This document shows positions 41,238 through 51,828 of a stretch of DNA of 64,000 bases, piece after piece. The position numbers were made by a program, and so were the translations under genes. Source of the stretch: Pirellulales bacterium (GTDB taxonomy: Bacteria > Planctomycetota > Planctomycetia > Pirellulales > PALSA-1355). The stretch covers positions 27,273-91,272 of the forward strand of contig CAVTBU010000002.1 in the NCBI GenBank assembly GCA_963733035.1, given 5' to 3'. Below the pieces are notes generated by a model. The model was not told where the DNA came from. It saw nothing but the letters and a program-made list of their open reading frames with translations, and searched no databases. Position 1 is the first letter of the stretch. The number at the start of each line of letters is the position of its first letter.

Positions 41238-41438
41238 AGGGGTGGCCTGGAAGGGAGCGCAAGGAGGTCGGGGATGGCATCTTCTTTTTGCCGCCGCTGA
41301 CTTCATCCTTCACCGTTGGCGTGTTATGCTCAAAAGCGGTCTGAAATGAATGTTTGGTGCCCCCTGCCCTTTGGCGCCTTGAACGGCCGTGCACGACGCC
41401 GGTCGCTACTCGCAACTCCCGGTTGCGCGGAGGAAAAC

Positions 41439-42839
41439 ATGACCCTGCCCCCGTCGACTCGCAAGACCTCCCTCATCGGCTGCAGCCCCGTGGTGACCCG
41501 ACGTCAAATGCTGCAAGTGGGCGGACTGGGTTTAATGGGACTTTCGCTGCCGCGATTGCTGGCCGCCGAGGCGGCAAATGCCAGCGCCGGCATCCAGCCG
41601 CGAGCTGATGCCTGTGTGCTGATCTTTCTCAATGGCGGGCCCAGTCATCTCGACATGTGGGACATGAAGCCCAATGCCCCGGACGGCATTCGCGGCGAAT
41701 TCAAACCGATCGCCACCAGCGTGCCAGGGATGCAGTTTTCCGAGCACATGCCGCGGCTAGCGAAGCAAGCCCACCTGGCGACTGTCGTGCGCTCGATGCA
41801 CCACTCGGTCAACAACGCACACGCGGCCGCGGTCTATACGAGCCTCACCGGTCACGACCGAGGCGACAATGTCCGCTCGGTGGGCGGCGGCCCGGACGAA
41901 TATCCCTCGATGGGTTCGGTGCTCGGCAGTTTGCGCCCACCGCAGCGTGCCATCGTGCCGCATGTCTGCTTGCCGTACATCACCAAGGAAGGCGCGGGCG
42001 GACCTCCGCAGTCGGGCTTCTTTGGCGGCATGCTCGGCCGGGCTTACGATCCGTTGTTCGTGCTCAAGGATCCCAATGCGGCCGACTTCGCCGTACCAGA
42101 ATTGACACTCACGGCCGACGTGTCGCAGCAGCGCCTCTCGGCTCGAGAGGCCCTGTTTCGCACGATCGAAGAGCAGTTCGATCGTGGTCCCGGCCGCTCC
42201 GCCTACGATGGCATGGACGGATTCCGACGCCGCGCGCTAGGCCTGCTCACTTCCGAGCGAACGCAAAACGCGCTCCGCATCAGTGACGAGCCGGAAAAAA
42301 CTCGCGACAGTTATGGGCGCAACATCTACGGACAAAGCGTGCTGCTGGCGCGGCGGATGATTGAAGCCGGCACGCGCATGGTCACCATCTCGTGGGCGCC
42401 CGACGCCAATGCCACGTGGGACACGCACGGCAGTAACTTTCAGTCACTCAAAAACACGCTCTTGCCGCAATTCGATGCGGCCTGCAGCAGCCTGGTAAGT
42501 GATTTGGCCGAGCGCGGGATGCTGGAACGAACGCTGGTCGCCGTGCTCGGCGATTTCGGTCGCTCGCCCAAGATCAACGCCAACAACGGCGGCCGCGACC
42601 ATTGGAACTATTGTTACAGTCTGATGCTCATCGGCGGCGGGTTCAAAGGCGGTTTCGTCTACGGCGCAAGCGACAAGATCGGCGCCTTTCCGGCCCGCGA
42701 TGCACTGGTGCCAGGCGATGTTATCTCCACGGTCTACCACGCCCTGGGCATTGATCCCGCGTACAATCTGCACGACCACCTCGATCGCCCGCATCGATTA
42801 GTGCCGGCCGGCCGCATCGTGCCCGAATTGCTCGCCTGA
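41439..42839 (+). CDS. DUF1501 domain protein
   Basis: TRRQMLQVG Tat-like motif; FLNGGPSHLDMWDMKP, LLARR, WDTH, GDFGRSP and GRDHW motifs. Confidence 0.92.
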   Translation: MTLPPSTRKTSLIGCSPVVTRRQMLQVGGLGLMGLSLPRLLAAEAANASAGIQPRADACVLIFLNGGPSHLDMWDMKPNAPDGIRGEFKPIATSVPGMQFSEHMPRLAKQAHLATVVRSMHHSVNNAHAAAVYTSLTGHDRGDNVRSVGGGPDEYPSMGSVLGSLRPPQRAIVPHVCLPYITKEGAGGPPQSGFFGGMLGRAYDPLFVLKDPNAADFAVPELTLTADVSQQRLSAREALFRTIEEQFDRGPGRSAYDGMDGFRRRALGLLTSERTQNALRISDEPEKTRDSYGRNIYGQSVLLARRMIEAGTRMVTISWAPDANATWDTHGSNFQSLKNTLLPQFDAACSSLVSDLAERGMLERTLVAVLGDFGRSPKINANNGGRDHWNYCYSLMLIGGGFKGGFVYGASDKIGAFPARDALVPGDVISTVYHALGIDPAYNLHDHLDRPHRLVPAGRIVPELLA

Positions 42840-42881
42840 ACGACATCTCTTGAAGCACTGAATCGGCGGATTTGAAACACC

Positions 42882-45800
42882 ATGATGCGTCGCCTGACCT
42901 GTTGCCTATTGCCACTGATGTTGCTTTTGGCGTCCGCCGGCGTGACGGCCGCGGGCGCCGCTCCGCCCGACTATACGGATCACCGTCAACTCATGGTTTG
43001 GCGCGATGCCACGGGGGAGCATCCGGTTAAGACCAAGGCCGATTGGGCCAAGCGCCGCGCGCACATTTTACAGGGCATGCAGCAGGCGATGGGGCCACTG
43101 CCCGACCGCAGCCATCTGCCGCCGCTCGACGTGCAAATGGAAGAGGCCTTTGACGGCACGACCTTCACACGCTACAAGCTTTCCTTCCTCGCCGAAGGCA
43201 AGGATCGTGTGCCTTGCTATTTGTTCGTGCCCAAAAACCTCGACGGCAAGCGAGTGCCGGGCATTCTGGCACTACACCAGACCACGCCGCTGGGCAAAAA
43301 AGAACCGGCCGGGCTGGGACCCAACGAAAACAAGCACTACGGGCTGGAACTCGCCAAGCGCGGATACGTCGTACTCGTGCCCGACTACCCGAGCTTTGGA
43401 GACTATCAATACGACTTCAACGCCGACGACTATGTCTCCGGCTCGATGAAGGGCATCTTCAATCACATGCGGGCGGTCGACTTGCTGGTCAGCCGGCCGG
43501 AAGTCGACCCGGCGCGGATCGGCGTAATTGGGCACTCGCTCGGCGGCCACAACGCCATGTTCGTCGGACTATTCGACGAGCGAATCAAGGTGATCGTGTC
43601 AAGTTGTGGCTGGACGCCGTTCCATCATTACTATGGCGGAAATTTGAAGGGCTGGACAAGCGATCGCTACGTGCCGCGGATTCGCGACGAGTATGGGCTC
43701 GATCCGAATCGCGTGCCGTTTGACATGTATGAGATCGTCGCCGGCTTTGCCCCGCGCGCGTTCTACTCCATCTCGCCCCTGCACGATAGCAATTTTGATG
43801 TTGAAGGTGTTCGCAAGGTGATCGCCGCCGCCAAGCCCGTTTATGAGCTGTTTGGCGTGGCAGAAAATCTCCAAGTTCGCTATCCCGACGCCCCGCATGA
43901 CTTTCCTCCAAAAGAACGCCACGAAGCCTACGCGTTCATCGATCGGGTGTTGCACTACACGCCGCAGGAAGACTTTGCCGCCGAGCTGCCGCGTATTCCT
44001 CCCCACGAACCGCCCGACGCCCTGTCGACATTTCAGGTGCTCGATGGGTTTCAGATCGAGCAAACCGCCGCCGAGCCGTTGATTGCCAGCCCCGTCGCCA
44101 TTGCCTTTGACGCCGACTCGCGGATGTATGTCGTGGAGATGCGAGACTATTCGGAGCAGGACACCGAGCGCCTGGGACGCATCCGACTCGTCGAGGACAC
44201 GGACGGCGACGGCAAATTCGACAAGGCCACGATCTATGCAGAAGACCTGTCATGGCCCACGGCCCTTACCTGCTTCGACGGCGGCGTGTTCGTCGGCGCG
44301 GCGCCGCACCTCTACTACCTCAAAGACACCGACGGCGACAACAAGGCCGACCAGCGGCGGCTGGTTTTCACCGGTTTTTCACGCGGCAACGTGCAAGGCC
44401 TGCTGAACAGCTTCCAGTGGGGGCCCGACAACCGCATTCACGGCACGGCCAGTTCAGGCGGCGGTACGGTCACGCGTCCGGATGCGCCGGACTTCGAGCC
44501 CGTCTCGCTCAGCGGACGAGATTTTTCCTTCGATCCGCGAAAGCTTGACCTGCGGCCCGAAAGCGGCGGCGCACAACACGGCATGACGTTCGATGATTGG
44601 GGTCGCAAGTTCGTCTGTTCCAACAGCGATCACATCCAAATGGTGATGTTCGAAGATCGTTACATCGCCCGCAACCCCGACGTGTCGGCACCCGGGGCAC
44701 GCGTCAGCATCGCGGCCGACGGGCCGCAAGCCGAGGTGTTTCGCACCAGCCCGATCGAACCCTGGCGGATCGTACGAACGCGATTGCGCGTGACCGGCCA
44801 GGCCAAAGGACCGGTGGAAGGAGGCGGCCGTGCCGGCGGCTACTTTACCGGCGCGACGGGTACCACGATTTATCGCGGCGACGCGTTCCCCCAAGAGTAC
44901 GTTGGCCAGTCGTTCACCGGCGACGTCGGTTCCAATATCGTCCACCGCAAGATCCTCGAACCCAACGGCGTGGGCTTCGTCGCCCGGCGGGCCGATGCCG
45001 GCAAGGAATTCGTATCGTCGACCGACAATTGGTTTCGCCCAGCGCAGTTTGCCAACGCACCCGACGGTGCTCTCTACATCGTGGACGTTTACCGCGAGGT
45101 TATCGAGCATCCGCTGAGCTTGCCGCCGGAGATCAAGCAGCATTTGGATCTGACCAGCGGCCGCGAGCGAGGACGCATTTATCGCGTAGTACCCAAGGGC
45201 TACCAACAGCGACCGCTGCCGATGCTGGCCAAGAGATCGACGGTCCAGCTCGTGGCCGCACTTGAAAGCCGCAACGGCTGGACTCGCGACACTGCCGCGC
45301 GTGTGCTTTATGAACGGCAAGATAAATCGGCCGTCGCGCCGCTGAAAAAGCTCGCCGCACAAGCCGAGCTTCCGCAGGCCCGTATGCAAGCGCTCTACGC
45401 GCTCGCCGGACTGGAAGCCCTGACCGCCGAGGATCTGGCAGCTCGCTTTACCGACCAGCACCCGCGCGTTCGTGAGCACGCCGTACGGCTTTCCGAGCAC
45501 ATTGCCAAGGGTGACCCGGAATTGCAGGCAAAGCTAATTGCCCTCGCCGATGACGACGATATGCGTGTTCGCTACCAGCTGGCATTCACCTTGGGTGAAA
45601 TCGACAACCGCCAGCGCATCGCGGCACTGGCGGAAATCTTGAAACGCGATGCGGGCGACCGCTGGATTCAACTCGCGGTGTTCAGTTCGTTGGCCAACGG
45701 GGGTGGCGACTTATTTGCGGAACTCGCGGCCGACAAAGGCTGGCGGTCGAGCGATGCCGGTCGCGCGGTCCTGTTCGATCTGGTTCGCTACCTCGGCCGG

Positions 45801-46865
45801 CAGAACCATCGCCAGGAACTGGCCAAGGTGCTGCCAGTGCTCGAATCGCTTTCGCCGGAAGATATTTCCGTGTCGGCCGCGATCGTGCGTGGGCTGGGTG
45901 AAGGCCTGCCCAAAAAATCCGGCACGTTGCAAAGTCAATTGACGGCAATCGGAAGCGATAAGGCGGCAAGGATCCTCGACAGCATGCTCGTCGCCGCGCG
46001 GTCAACCGCGGCGGACGAGGCCCGCCCGCTAGCCGATCGCGTGGATGCAATTCGCCTGCTGGCACTCGATACCTTTGCCGATGCCGGCAGCGTGTTGGCA
46101 GGACTAATCTCGAACCGCGAGCCGCAAGACGTGCAGTCGGCCGCCTTGGTCACGCTGGGAACGTTCAACGACAATAGTATCGCCAAGGCACTACTCACCG
46201 CCTGGCCGAATCTCAGCCCGCGCTTGCGAGCCGAGGCAACCGAAGTTCTATTCGCCCGTGCGGAGCGGCTCAATGCGCTGCTCGGGGCGGCCGAGGCGGG
46301 CACCTTCTCTTTGGCCGATCTGGAAGCCGCCCGCTTGCAGGCCCTGGCAAAGCATTCCAGCGAGTCGGTTCGCAGTCGGGCCAATCCTCTACTGGCCAAA
46401 ATCAAGACTGGTTCCCGACAAGACCTGGTCGCAGCTTACAGCGACGCCTTGAAAAGGCATGGCGACATATCCCGCGGTCGGCAGGTGTTTCAGAAGATTT
46501 GTGCCGCCTGTCATCGACTCGACGGGGTCGGCCATGAAATTGGACCTAGCCTCGCCAGTTTCCGCACACGCGGCCCCGAGGCAATCTTGGTGAACGTGCT
46601 CGATCCGAATCGCGAAGTGAACCCGCAGTATCTGAACTATTTGCTGGTGACGGCCGATGGACGCTCTGTCACAGGAATGATTGCCTCGGAAACCGCCAAC
46701 AGTGTCACACTCAAGCGAGCAGAGAACGCCACCGACACCGTGGAGCGGACGGACATCGAAGAACTCCGTTCCAGTGGGCTGTCGATCATGCCCGAGGGGC
46801 TCGAAAAGCAAATCGATCCGGCCGGGATGGCCGACTTGTTGGCTTACCTGATGACGGCATTGTGA
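42882..46865 (+). CDS. Alpha/beta hydrolase fused to a PVC-type beta-propeller/HEAT/cytochrome c (CxxCH) protein
   Basis: GHSLGGHN nucleophile elbow and PHDF; AAEPLI.SPV, DTDGDG and WFRP propeller motifs; HEAT repeats; CAACH, IGPSL and SIMPEGLE. Confidence 0.9.
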   Translation: MMRRLTCCLLPLMLLLASAGVTAAGAAPPDYTDHRQLMVWRDATGEHPVKTKADWAKRRAHILQGMQQAMGPLPDRSHLPPLDVQMEEAFDGTTFTRYKLSFLAEGKDRVPCYLFVPKNLDGKRVPGILALHQTTPLGKKEPAGLGPNENKHYGLELAKRGYVVLVPDYPSFGDYQYDFNADDYVSGSMKGIFNHMRAVDLLVSRPEVDPARIGVIGHSLGGHNAMFVGLFDERIKVIVSSCGWTPFHHYYGGNLKGWTSDRYVPRIRDEYGLDPNRVPFDMYEIVAGFAPRAFYSISPLHDSNFDVEGVRKVIAAAKPVYELFGVAENLQVRYPDAPHDFPPKERHEAYAFIDRVLHYTPQEDFAAELPRIPPHEPPDALSTFQVLDGFQIEQTAAEPLIASPVAIAFDADSRMYVVEMRDYSEQDTERLGRIRLVEDTDGDGKFDKATIYAEDLSWPTALTCFDGGVFVGAAPHLYYLKDTDGDNKADQRRLVFTGFSRGNVQGLLNSFQWGPDNRIHGTASSGGGTVTRPDAPDFEPVSLSGRDFSFDPRKLDLRPESGGAQHGMTFDDWGRKFVCSNSDHIQMVMFEDRYIARNPDVSAPGARVSIAADGPQAEVFRTSPIEPWRIVRTRLRVTGQAKGPVEGGGRAGGYFTGATGTTIYRGDAFPQEYVGQSFTGDVGSNIVHRKILEPNGVGFVARRADAGKEFVSSTDNWFRPAQFANAPDGALYIVDVYREVIEHPLSLPPEIKQHLDLTSGRERGRIYRVVPKGYQQRPLPMLAKRSTVQLVAALESRNGWTRDTAARVLYERQDKSAVAPLKKLAAQAELPQARMQALYALAGLEALTAEDLAARFTDQHPRVREHAVRLSEHIAKGDPELQAKLIALADDDDMRVRYQLAFTLGEIDNRQRIAALAEILKRDAGDRWIQLAVFSSLANGGGDLFAELAADKGWRSSDAGRAVLFDLVRYLGRQNHRQELAKVLPVLESLSPEDISVSAAIVRGLGEGLPKKSGTLQSQLTAIGSDKAARILDSMLVAARSTAADEARPLADRVDAIRLLALDTFADAGSVLAGLISNREPQDVQSAALVTLGTFNDNSIAKALLTAWPNLSPRLRAEATEVLFARAERLNALLGAAEAGTFSLADLEAARLQALAKHSSESVRSRANPLLAKIKTGSRQDLVAAYSDALKRHGDISRGRQVFQKICAACHRLDGVGHEIGPSLASFRTRGPEAILVNVLDPNREVNPQYLNYLLVTADGRSVTGMIASETANSVTLKRAENATDTVERTDIEELRSSGLSIMPEGLEKQIDPAGMADLLAYLMTAL

Positions 46866-46874
46866 GACACCAGC

Positions 46875-47837
46875 ATGGCGAAAGTGCGCGACTCAAAACG
46901 TTGGAATCGCCGCCAATTCTGCCGCACTAGCCTGGCCGCTGGCCTGGGTATGGCGCTGGCCAGCACGAAGGTCGCCGCCGGCGCCGAGTTTCCGCGCGGT
47001 CGCTATGTCGACGTCCATACGCACCTGGGTCAAACCTGGAATAACACCGAGCCGCTCTCGGCCAGGTCGCTATTGGCCTGGATGGACCAGAACGACATTT
47101 CCCAGGCGGTTGTGTTGCCCTTGGTCTCGCCCGAATCATCAAGCTACCCGATCACCAGCGATTTTGTCCTCGAAGCAACGCGTCCGCACCGCGATCGGCT
47201 GATTCCCTTCTGCAGCGTCGATCCGCGCACGAGCTACTCCGGAGGACTGAAGGGCCTCACCGACATGCTGCGGAAGTATGCCGACGCGGGTGCCAAGGGT
47301 TTTGGCGAGCATAAGCCGGGTGTGCAGTTGGACGACGCCCGTAACATGACCATCTACGCGGCCTGCGGAGAATTGAATCTGCCGGTGTTGTTCCATTTGG
47401 ACCAGCTCCGCAACACCGATCAGCCGGGACTGCCCGGACTCGAACACGCGCTGCAGGAGCACCCGAACACCACGTTCATTGGCCATGGTCCCGGTTGGTG
47501 GGCATCGATCTCGGGCGAGATCACGGCCGCCGACTTGGCCCGCTATCCGGACGGGCCCGTGAAACCGGGGGGCGCCCTCGATACCTTAATGGAAAAGTAT
47601 CCCAACCTTTACGGCGACCTTTCGGCGGGTAGCGGCGCCGGGGCAATCAGCCGAGACCCGCAGTTCGGCCGCGAGTTTCTCATTCGTCGCGCGGACCGGC
47701 TAATGTTTGGCACCGACTACCTTTCGCCAGGACAGAACGTGCCCCAGCTAGAACTCTTTCGTTCGATCGACCTGCCCGCCGAGGTCCAAGCAAAAGTCTT
47801 TCGAGACAATGTGCGCGGACTGCTGGGCCTGGCCTAA
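46875..47837 (+). CDS. Tat-exported amidohydrolase family protein
   Basis: NRRQFC Tat motif; DVHTH, GFGEHK, LFH, IGHG and FGTDY motifs. Confidence 0.88.
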   Translation: MAKVRDSKRWNRRQFCRTSLAAGLGMALASTKVAAGAEFPRGRYVDVHTHLGQTWNNTEPLSARSLLAWMDQNDISQAVVLPLVSPESSSYPITSDFVLEATRPHRDRLIPFCSVDPRTSYSGGLKGLTDMLRKYADAGAKGFGEHKPGVQLDDARNMTIYAACGELNLPVLFHLDQLRNTDQPGLPGLEHALQEHPNTTFIGHGPGWWASISGEITAADLARYPDGPVKPGGALDTLMEKYPNLYGDLSAGSGAGAISRDPQFGREFLIRRADRLMFGTDYLSPGQNVPQLELFRSIDLPAEVQAKVFRDNVRGLLGLA

Positions 47838-47855
47838 TTTCATGAGAGCTTTCGC

Positions 47856-49217
47856 ATGCCCGCGCTTCGCACGCTAGTTGTTGCCGTCATTACCCTTGCT
47901 GTTCCGTGCGTTGCCCTGGCAGGCGGTTGGAAGGCAGGCGCCGCCGAAGAGAAGATTACGCCCGACCAATACATGTCGATGGCCGGCTACGGTTCGCGCT
48001 CCCATCCCGCGACCGGTTTTCTGAACGACCTGTACGCCAAGGCCCTCGTACTGGAAGACGCCACTGGCACACGCGCCGCAATCATCACGCTGGACCTGGT
48101 GGGCATTAGTCCAGATCTGGTCGACCCGCTGCTTTCACAACTCGAAGCGAAGTACCGTCTGCCCCGGGCCGCGATCGCGATCTGTTGTTCGCACACGCAC
48201 AGCGGGCCCGTGGTGGGCAAAAACCTGCGGACGTTGCATTACGACCTGCTTGACGTGTCGCAGCAAGAACTGGTCGACCAATTCGGTAATCAGTTGCAAG
48301 CGAAGATCGTCGAGGTTGTTGGGCAAGCCGTCACATCGCTGGCGCCGGCTGAGCTGTCTTACGGCCACGGGCAGGCAACGTTCGCCGCCAACCGCCGAAA
48401 CAACAAAGAGGCCGACGTCCTCAAATTGCGTGCCGACGATCAACTGGCGGGCCCGTTCGACCACGACGTTCCAGTGTTGAAAGTAACCAGCGATTCGGGA
48501 GACCTCAAAGCCGTGCTGTTTGGCTATGCCTGCCACGCCACGGTCCTCTCAGACTACGACTGGTCGAGCGATTACCCGGGCTTTGCCCAGAGCCAGCTTG
48601 AGAAGGATCATCCCGGCTGCATTGCCTTGTTCTTCGCGGGATGTGGGGCCGATCAGAATCCCCTTCCCAGGCGCAAGGTCGAGTTGGCCAAACAATATGG
48701 CGAGCAGCTAGCCGCCGCCGTGGAGGAGGTTCTTCCGCAGACGCTAGAGATAGTTTCGCCGCAGCTGGCCGTCGCGTTTGAGACGATTCCCCTTGAGTTG
48801 GCTCATGTCCCAGCGCGAGCGGAGATCGAAGCAGACGCAAAGTCCAACGACAAATACATTGCGGCGCGTGCCAGCCATTACCTCAAGCAGCTCGATGCGG
48901 GCCAAGCCATCCCGGCAACATACGACTATCCGGTGCAGGTGTGGCGGCTCGGCTCCAAATTGAAGTTCATCGTGTTGGGCGGCGAAGTCGTGGTCGACTA
49001 TGCCCTGCGGCTCAAGGAGGAATACGGCCGCGATACCACCTGGGTCGCCGGCTACTCCAACGACGTGATGGCGTACATTCCTTCGCGCCGCGTGCTAGCC
49101 GAAGGGGGTTATGAAGGCGGAGGCGCGATGGTCTACTACTCGCTCCCGTCACCGTGGGCGCCCACCGTCGAGGAAGCCATCATCAAAGCCGTTCGCGAAA
49201 CAATGCCAAAGCGATAG
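47856..49217 (+). CDS. Neutral/alkaline ceramidase N-terminal domain protein
   Basis: MAGYGSR, LYAKAL, SHTHSGP, NRR, YACHAT, DYPG, GCGADQNP and GGYEG motifs. Confidence 0.88.
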   Translation: MPALRTLVVAVITLAVPCVALAGGWKAGAAEEKITPDQYMSMAGYGSRSHPATGFLNDLYAKALVLEDATGTRAAIITLDLVGISPDLVDPLLSQLEAKYRLPRAAIAICCSHTHSGPVVGKNLRTLHYDLLDVSQQELVDQFGNQLQAKIVEVVGQAVTSLAPAELSYGHGQATFAANRRNNKEADVLKLRADDQLAGPFDHDVPVLKVTSDSGDLKAVLFGYACHATVLSDYDWSSDYPGFAQSQLEKDHPGCIALFFAGCGADQNPLPRRKVELAKQYGEQLAAAVEEVLPQTLEIVSPQLAVAFETIPLELAHVPARAEIEADAKSNDKYIAARASHYLKQLDAGQAIPATYDYPVQVWRLGSKLKFIVLGGEVVVDYALRLKEEYGRDTTWVAGYSNDVMAYIPSRRVLAEGGYEGGGAMVYYSLPSPWAPTVEEAIIKAVRETMPKR

Positions 49218-49257
49218 CCATCGCCTCAGCCGTTGCCACCAGAAACGCCGTCCGGTT

Positions 49258-49305
49258 TTGGCTTTCGTCGGTGCGGGCATTACAATGCCTGCGAATGCAC
49301 CGACG
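49258..49305 (+). promoter_or_regulatory. Putative internal promoter inside a long inverted repeat
   Basis: TTGGCT-N17-TACAAT (49258-49286); inverted repeats CGTCGGTGC/GCACCGACG and GCGGGCAT/ATGCCTGC centred on TACA. Confidence 0.45.
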
Positions 49306-49346
49306 CTGTGCGTTTCTAGCTTTCGATACTCAGGCGGGCACTTCTC

Positions 49347-50549
49347 ATGCGGACAACCTGGACGTTCAGTTCGGCCGGACAAATCATCTTTGGCGCGGGC
49401 GCCGTGCAGCGGCTTGCCGATGTTCTGCAACGTTTGAGGCTAAGCCGCGTGCTGCTCGTCACCGATAACATGCTAGCCAAAGCCGGAGTCGTAGACGAAG
49501 TCGAACAAGCAATCGGTGAGCGGGTTATCATCGAGCGATTCACTGGTGGCGAACCGGAGCCGTCGCTGCGCGCCGCCGAGACATGCATTGCCCACGGCAA
49601 ACAATTCAAGCCTGACGGCCTGATTGGCCTGGGCGGCGGAAGCAACATGGATCTGGCCAAAATCGCCGCGGCCGCGCTCGCGCATGGCGGCAGCCCGCGA
49701 GATTACCTCGGCGAGGATCGCGTGCCGGGGCCAACGTTGCCACTCATCTGCATCCCCACGACCGCTGGGACGGGTAGCGAGGTTTCGGCCGCCGGTGTGT
49801 TCACCGACCAGGAAAATCACATCAAAGTCGGCGCGATGAGCAACTACTTGCGCCCAGCGGTGGCCCTGGTCGACCCGCGGTTGACGCTCAGTTGCCCCCG
49901 CAAGGTGACCGCCGACAGCGGCATCGACGCCCTGACCCATGCCATCGAAGCCTACACGGCTGTCGACAATGCCGATTTCCCGCTCCCGCCAGGACAAACA
50001 TCGCTCTATCAAGGTCGCCATCCGCTGGGAGACTGTCTAGCGGAGCGGGCAATCGAGGTTATCGGGGCCAACTTGGTTTGTGCCGTCGAACAACCCGACA
50101 ACCTTGAAGCGCGCGAAGCGATGTCGCTCGGTGCGATGCTGGCGGGCCTGGCGTTTTCGAACGTCGGCGTCGCACTCGTGCACGCTCTCGAGTATCCGAT
50201 TGGCGGCGCGACGCATTGCTCGCATGGCGCCGGCAACGGCCTGCTGCTCCCGCATGTGATGCGCTACAATCTGCCCGTGCGGCAGAAAGCCCTCGCCCGC
50301 GTCGCAAAATTGCTGGGAGCGGACACGGACGGCCTCGGCGAAGAGCACGCGGCCGAATGCGCGATCAGCGCCGTGGAGGAACTGAATCGCAGGATCGGGA
50401 TCCCGGCCCGGCTCCGCGACTTGGGAGCCAGGCAAGAACAAATCCCGGAGTTTGCCGAGAAGGGCCTCGGCATCGCGCGGATCGTCCGTGTCAACCCGCG
50501 CGTGCCAACCGTGCCCGAAGTGATCGAATTGCTCAACCAGGCATACTAA
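49347..50549 (+). CDS. Iron-containing alcohol dehydrogenase (hydroxyacid-oxoacid transhydrogenase-like)
   Basis: GLGGGSNMD, PTTAGTGSE, DALTHAIE, VHALEY and HGAGN motifs. Confidence 0.92.
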   Translation: MRTTWTFSSAGQIIFGAGAVQRLADVLQRLRLSRVLLVTDNMLAKAGVVDEVEQAIGERVIIERFTGGEPEPSLRAAETCIAHGKQFKPDGLIGLGGGSNMDLAKIAAAALAHGGSPRDYLGEDRVPGPTLPLICIPTTAGTGSEVSAAGVFTDQENHIKVGAMSNYLRPAVALVDPRLTLSCPRKVTADSGIDALTHAIEAYTAVDNADFPLPPGQTSLYQGRHPLGDCLAERAIEVIGANLVCAVEQPDNLEAREAMSLGAMLAGLAFSNVGVALVHALEYPIGGATHCSHGAGNGLLLPHVMRYNLPVRQKALARVAKLLGADTDGLGEEHAAECAISAVEELNRRIGIPARLRDLGARQEQIPEFAEKGLGIARIVRVNPRVPTVPEVIELLNQAY

Positions 50550-50573
50550 TTCAACTGCTGCACGAGGTTTGTC

Positions 50574-51801
50574 ATGGGTCGCACGAGCCGCCGCGAGTTT
50601 CTCGAACAACTAGGCCTGACCACGGCGCTCGTGGCAGGCTATTCGGCAACCGCGCGCGGATTCGCGGCCAACGAAACAATCGGCGTTGGCTGCATCGGCA
50701 CCGGCGGACGCTGCCGGCATCTGTTGCAAGCGCTCAAGGAAGTGCCCGGGGCAAAGGTCGTGGCAGTCTGCGACGTGTGGGATCAGAACCTCCAAACGGC
50801 ACGCGAGATGGCGGCACCAGGCGCATTTGCCACCAAGGATCATCACGCGCTATTGGAACGAAAGGACGTCGACGCCGTGATCATCGCCGCGCCCGATCAC
50901 CAACACGTGTCGCTTACCATCGACGCTTGTGCGGCGGGCAAAGACGTCTATTGCGAAAAACCGCTAACGCACGACTTGTCAGAGGGCGCCGCGGTCATCG
51001 ACGCTCAAAATCGGCACCGCCGCATTGTGCAGGTGGGCACGCAGCAGCGGAGCATGCCGCAATTCCAGAAGGCCTACGAGATCGTCAAATCGGGGCAACT
51101 CGGCGAGATCCACAAAGTGCATCTCACTTGGAACCGCAATCAACCGCGTTGGGTACGCGATAAATACAACATTGATCCGGCAAGCGTCGACTGGCAGCGA
51201 TTTCTCGGCACGGCGCCCGAACAACCGTTCGACGAATACCGCTTTCGCCAGTGGCGTTGGTTCTGGGATTTTGGCGGCGGCATCTTTACCGACTTGATGG
51301 TGCACCAGATCGACATTGCGCATTGGTTTCTCGACCTGGATCATCCGCGAACGGCCGCGTCGATCGGCGACAGCTTCAAGGCCCAGGACCTGTGGCAGAC
51401 GCCCGACACCGTGCAAACGCTGCTGCACTATCCCGACCGCGGAGTGCAGGCCTACTTCGAGGGCACGTTCGTCAATGCCCGCAACGCGGCGATGTTGGAG
51501 TTCATGGGCAGCGAAGCAACGCTTTACTTGGATCGCGGCCGCTACGAAATCCATCCGGAGCGGAACAAGAGGATCGCCGCCAGCGAGATGATTTTGGGAA
51601 GTGGACCCCGCGGCGCCGACTTTTACGACCTTCCCAAAGGCGAGGTACTACACCTGGCCAATTGGCTCGAGTGTGTCCGCAGTCGCGCTAAACCCAACTG
51701 TCCGGCGGAAGTCGGCGTGAGCGCGGCCAGCGCCGGCACACCTGGCCAACCGGGCCCTGCGCAGCGGCGAGACGGCCAAGTGGCAGACCGCGTCAGCGTA
51801 G
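50574..51801 (+). CDS. Tat-exported Gfo/Idh/MocA oxidoreductase, frameshifted near 51735
   Basis: SRREFL, GCIGTGGR, YCEKP, QVGTQQRS and DLMVHQID motifs. The family-like ending AHLANRALRSGETAKW...stop (TAG 51799-51801) lies in the +1 frame. Confidence 0.88.
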
Positions 51802-51828
51802 TGCCAGGTTCGGCGAGCGGCGCGCCGC

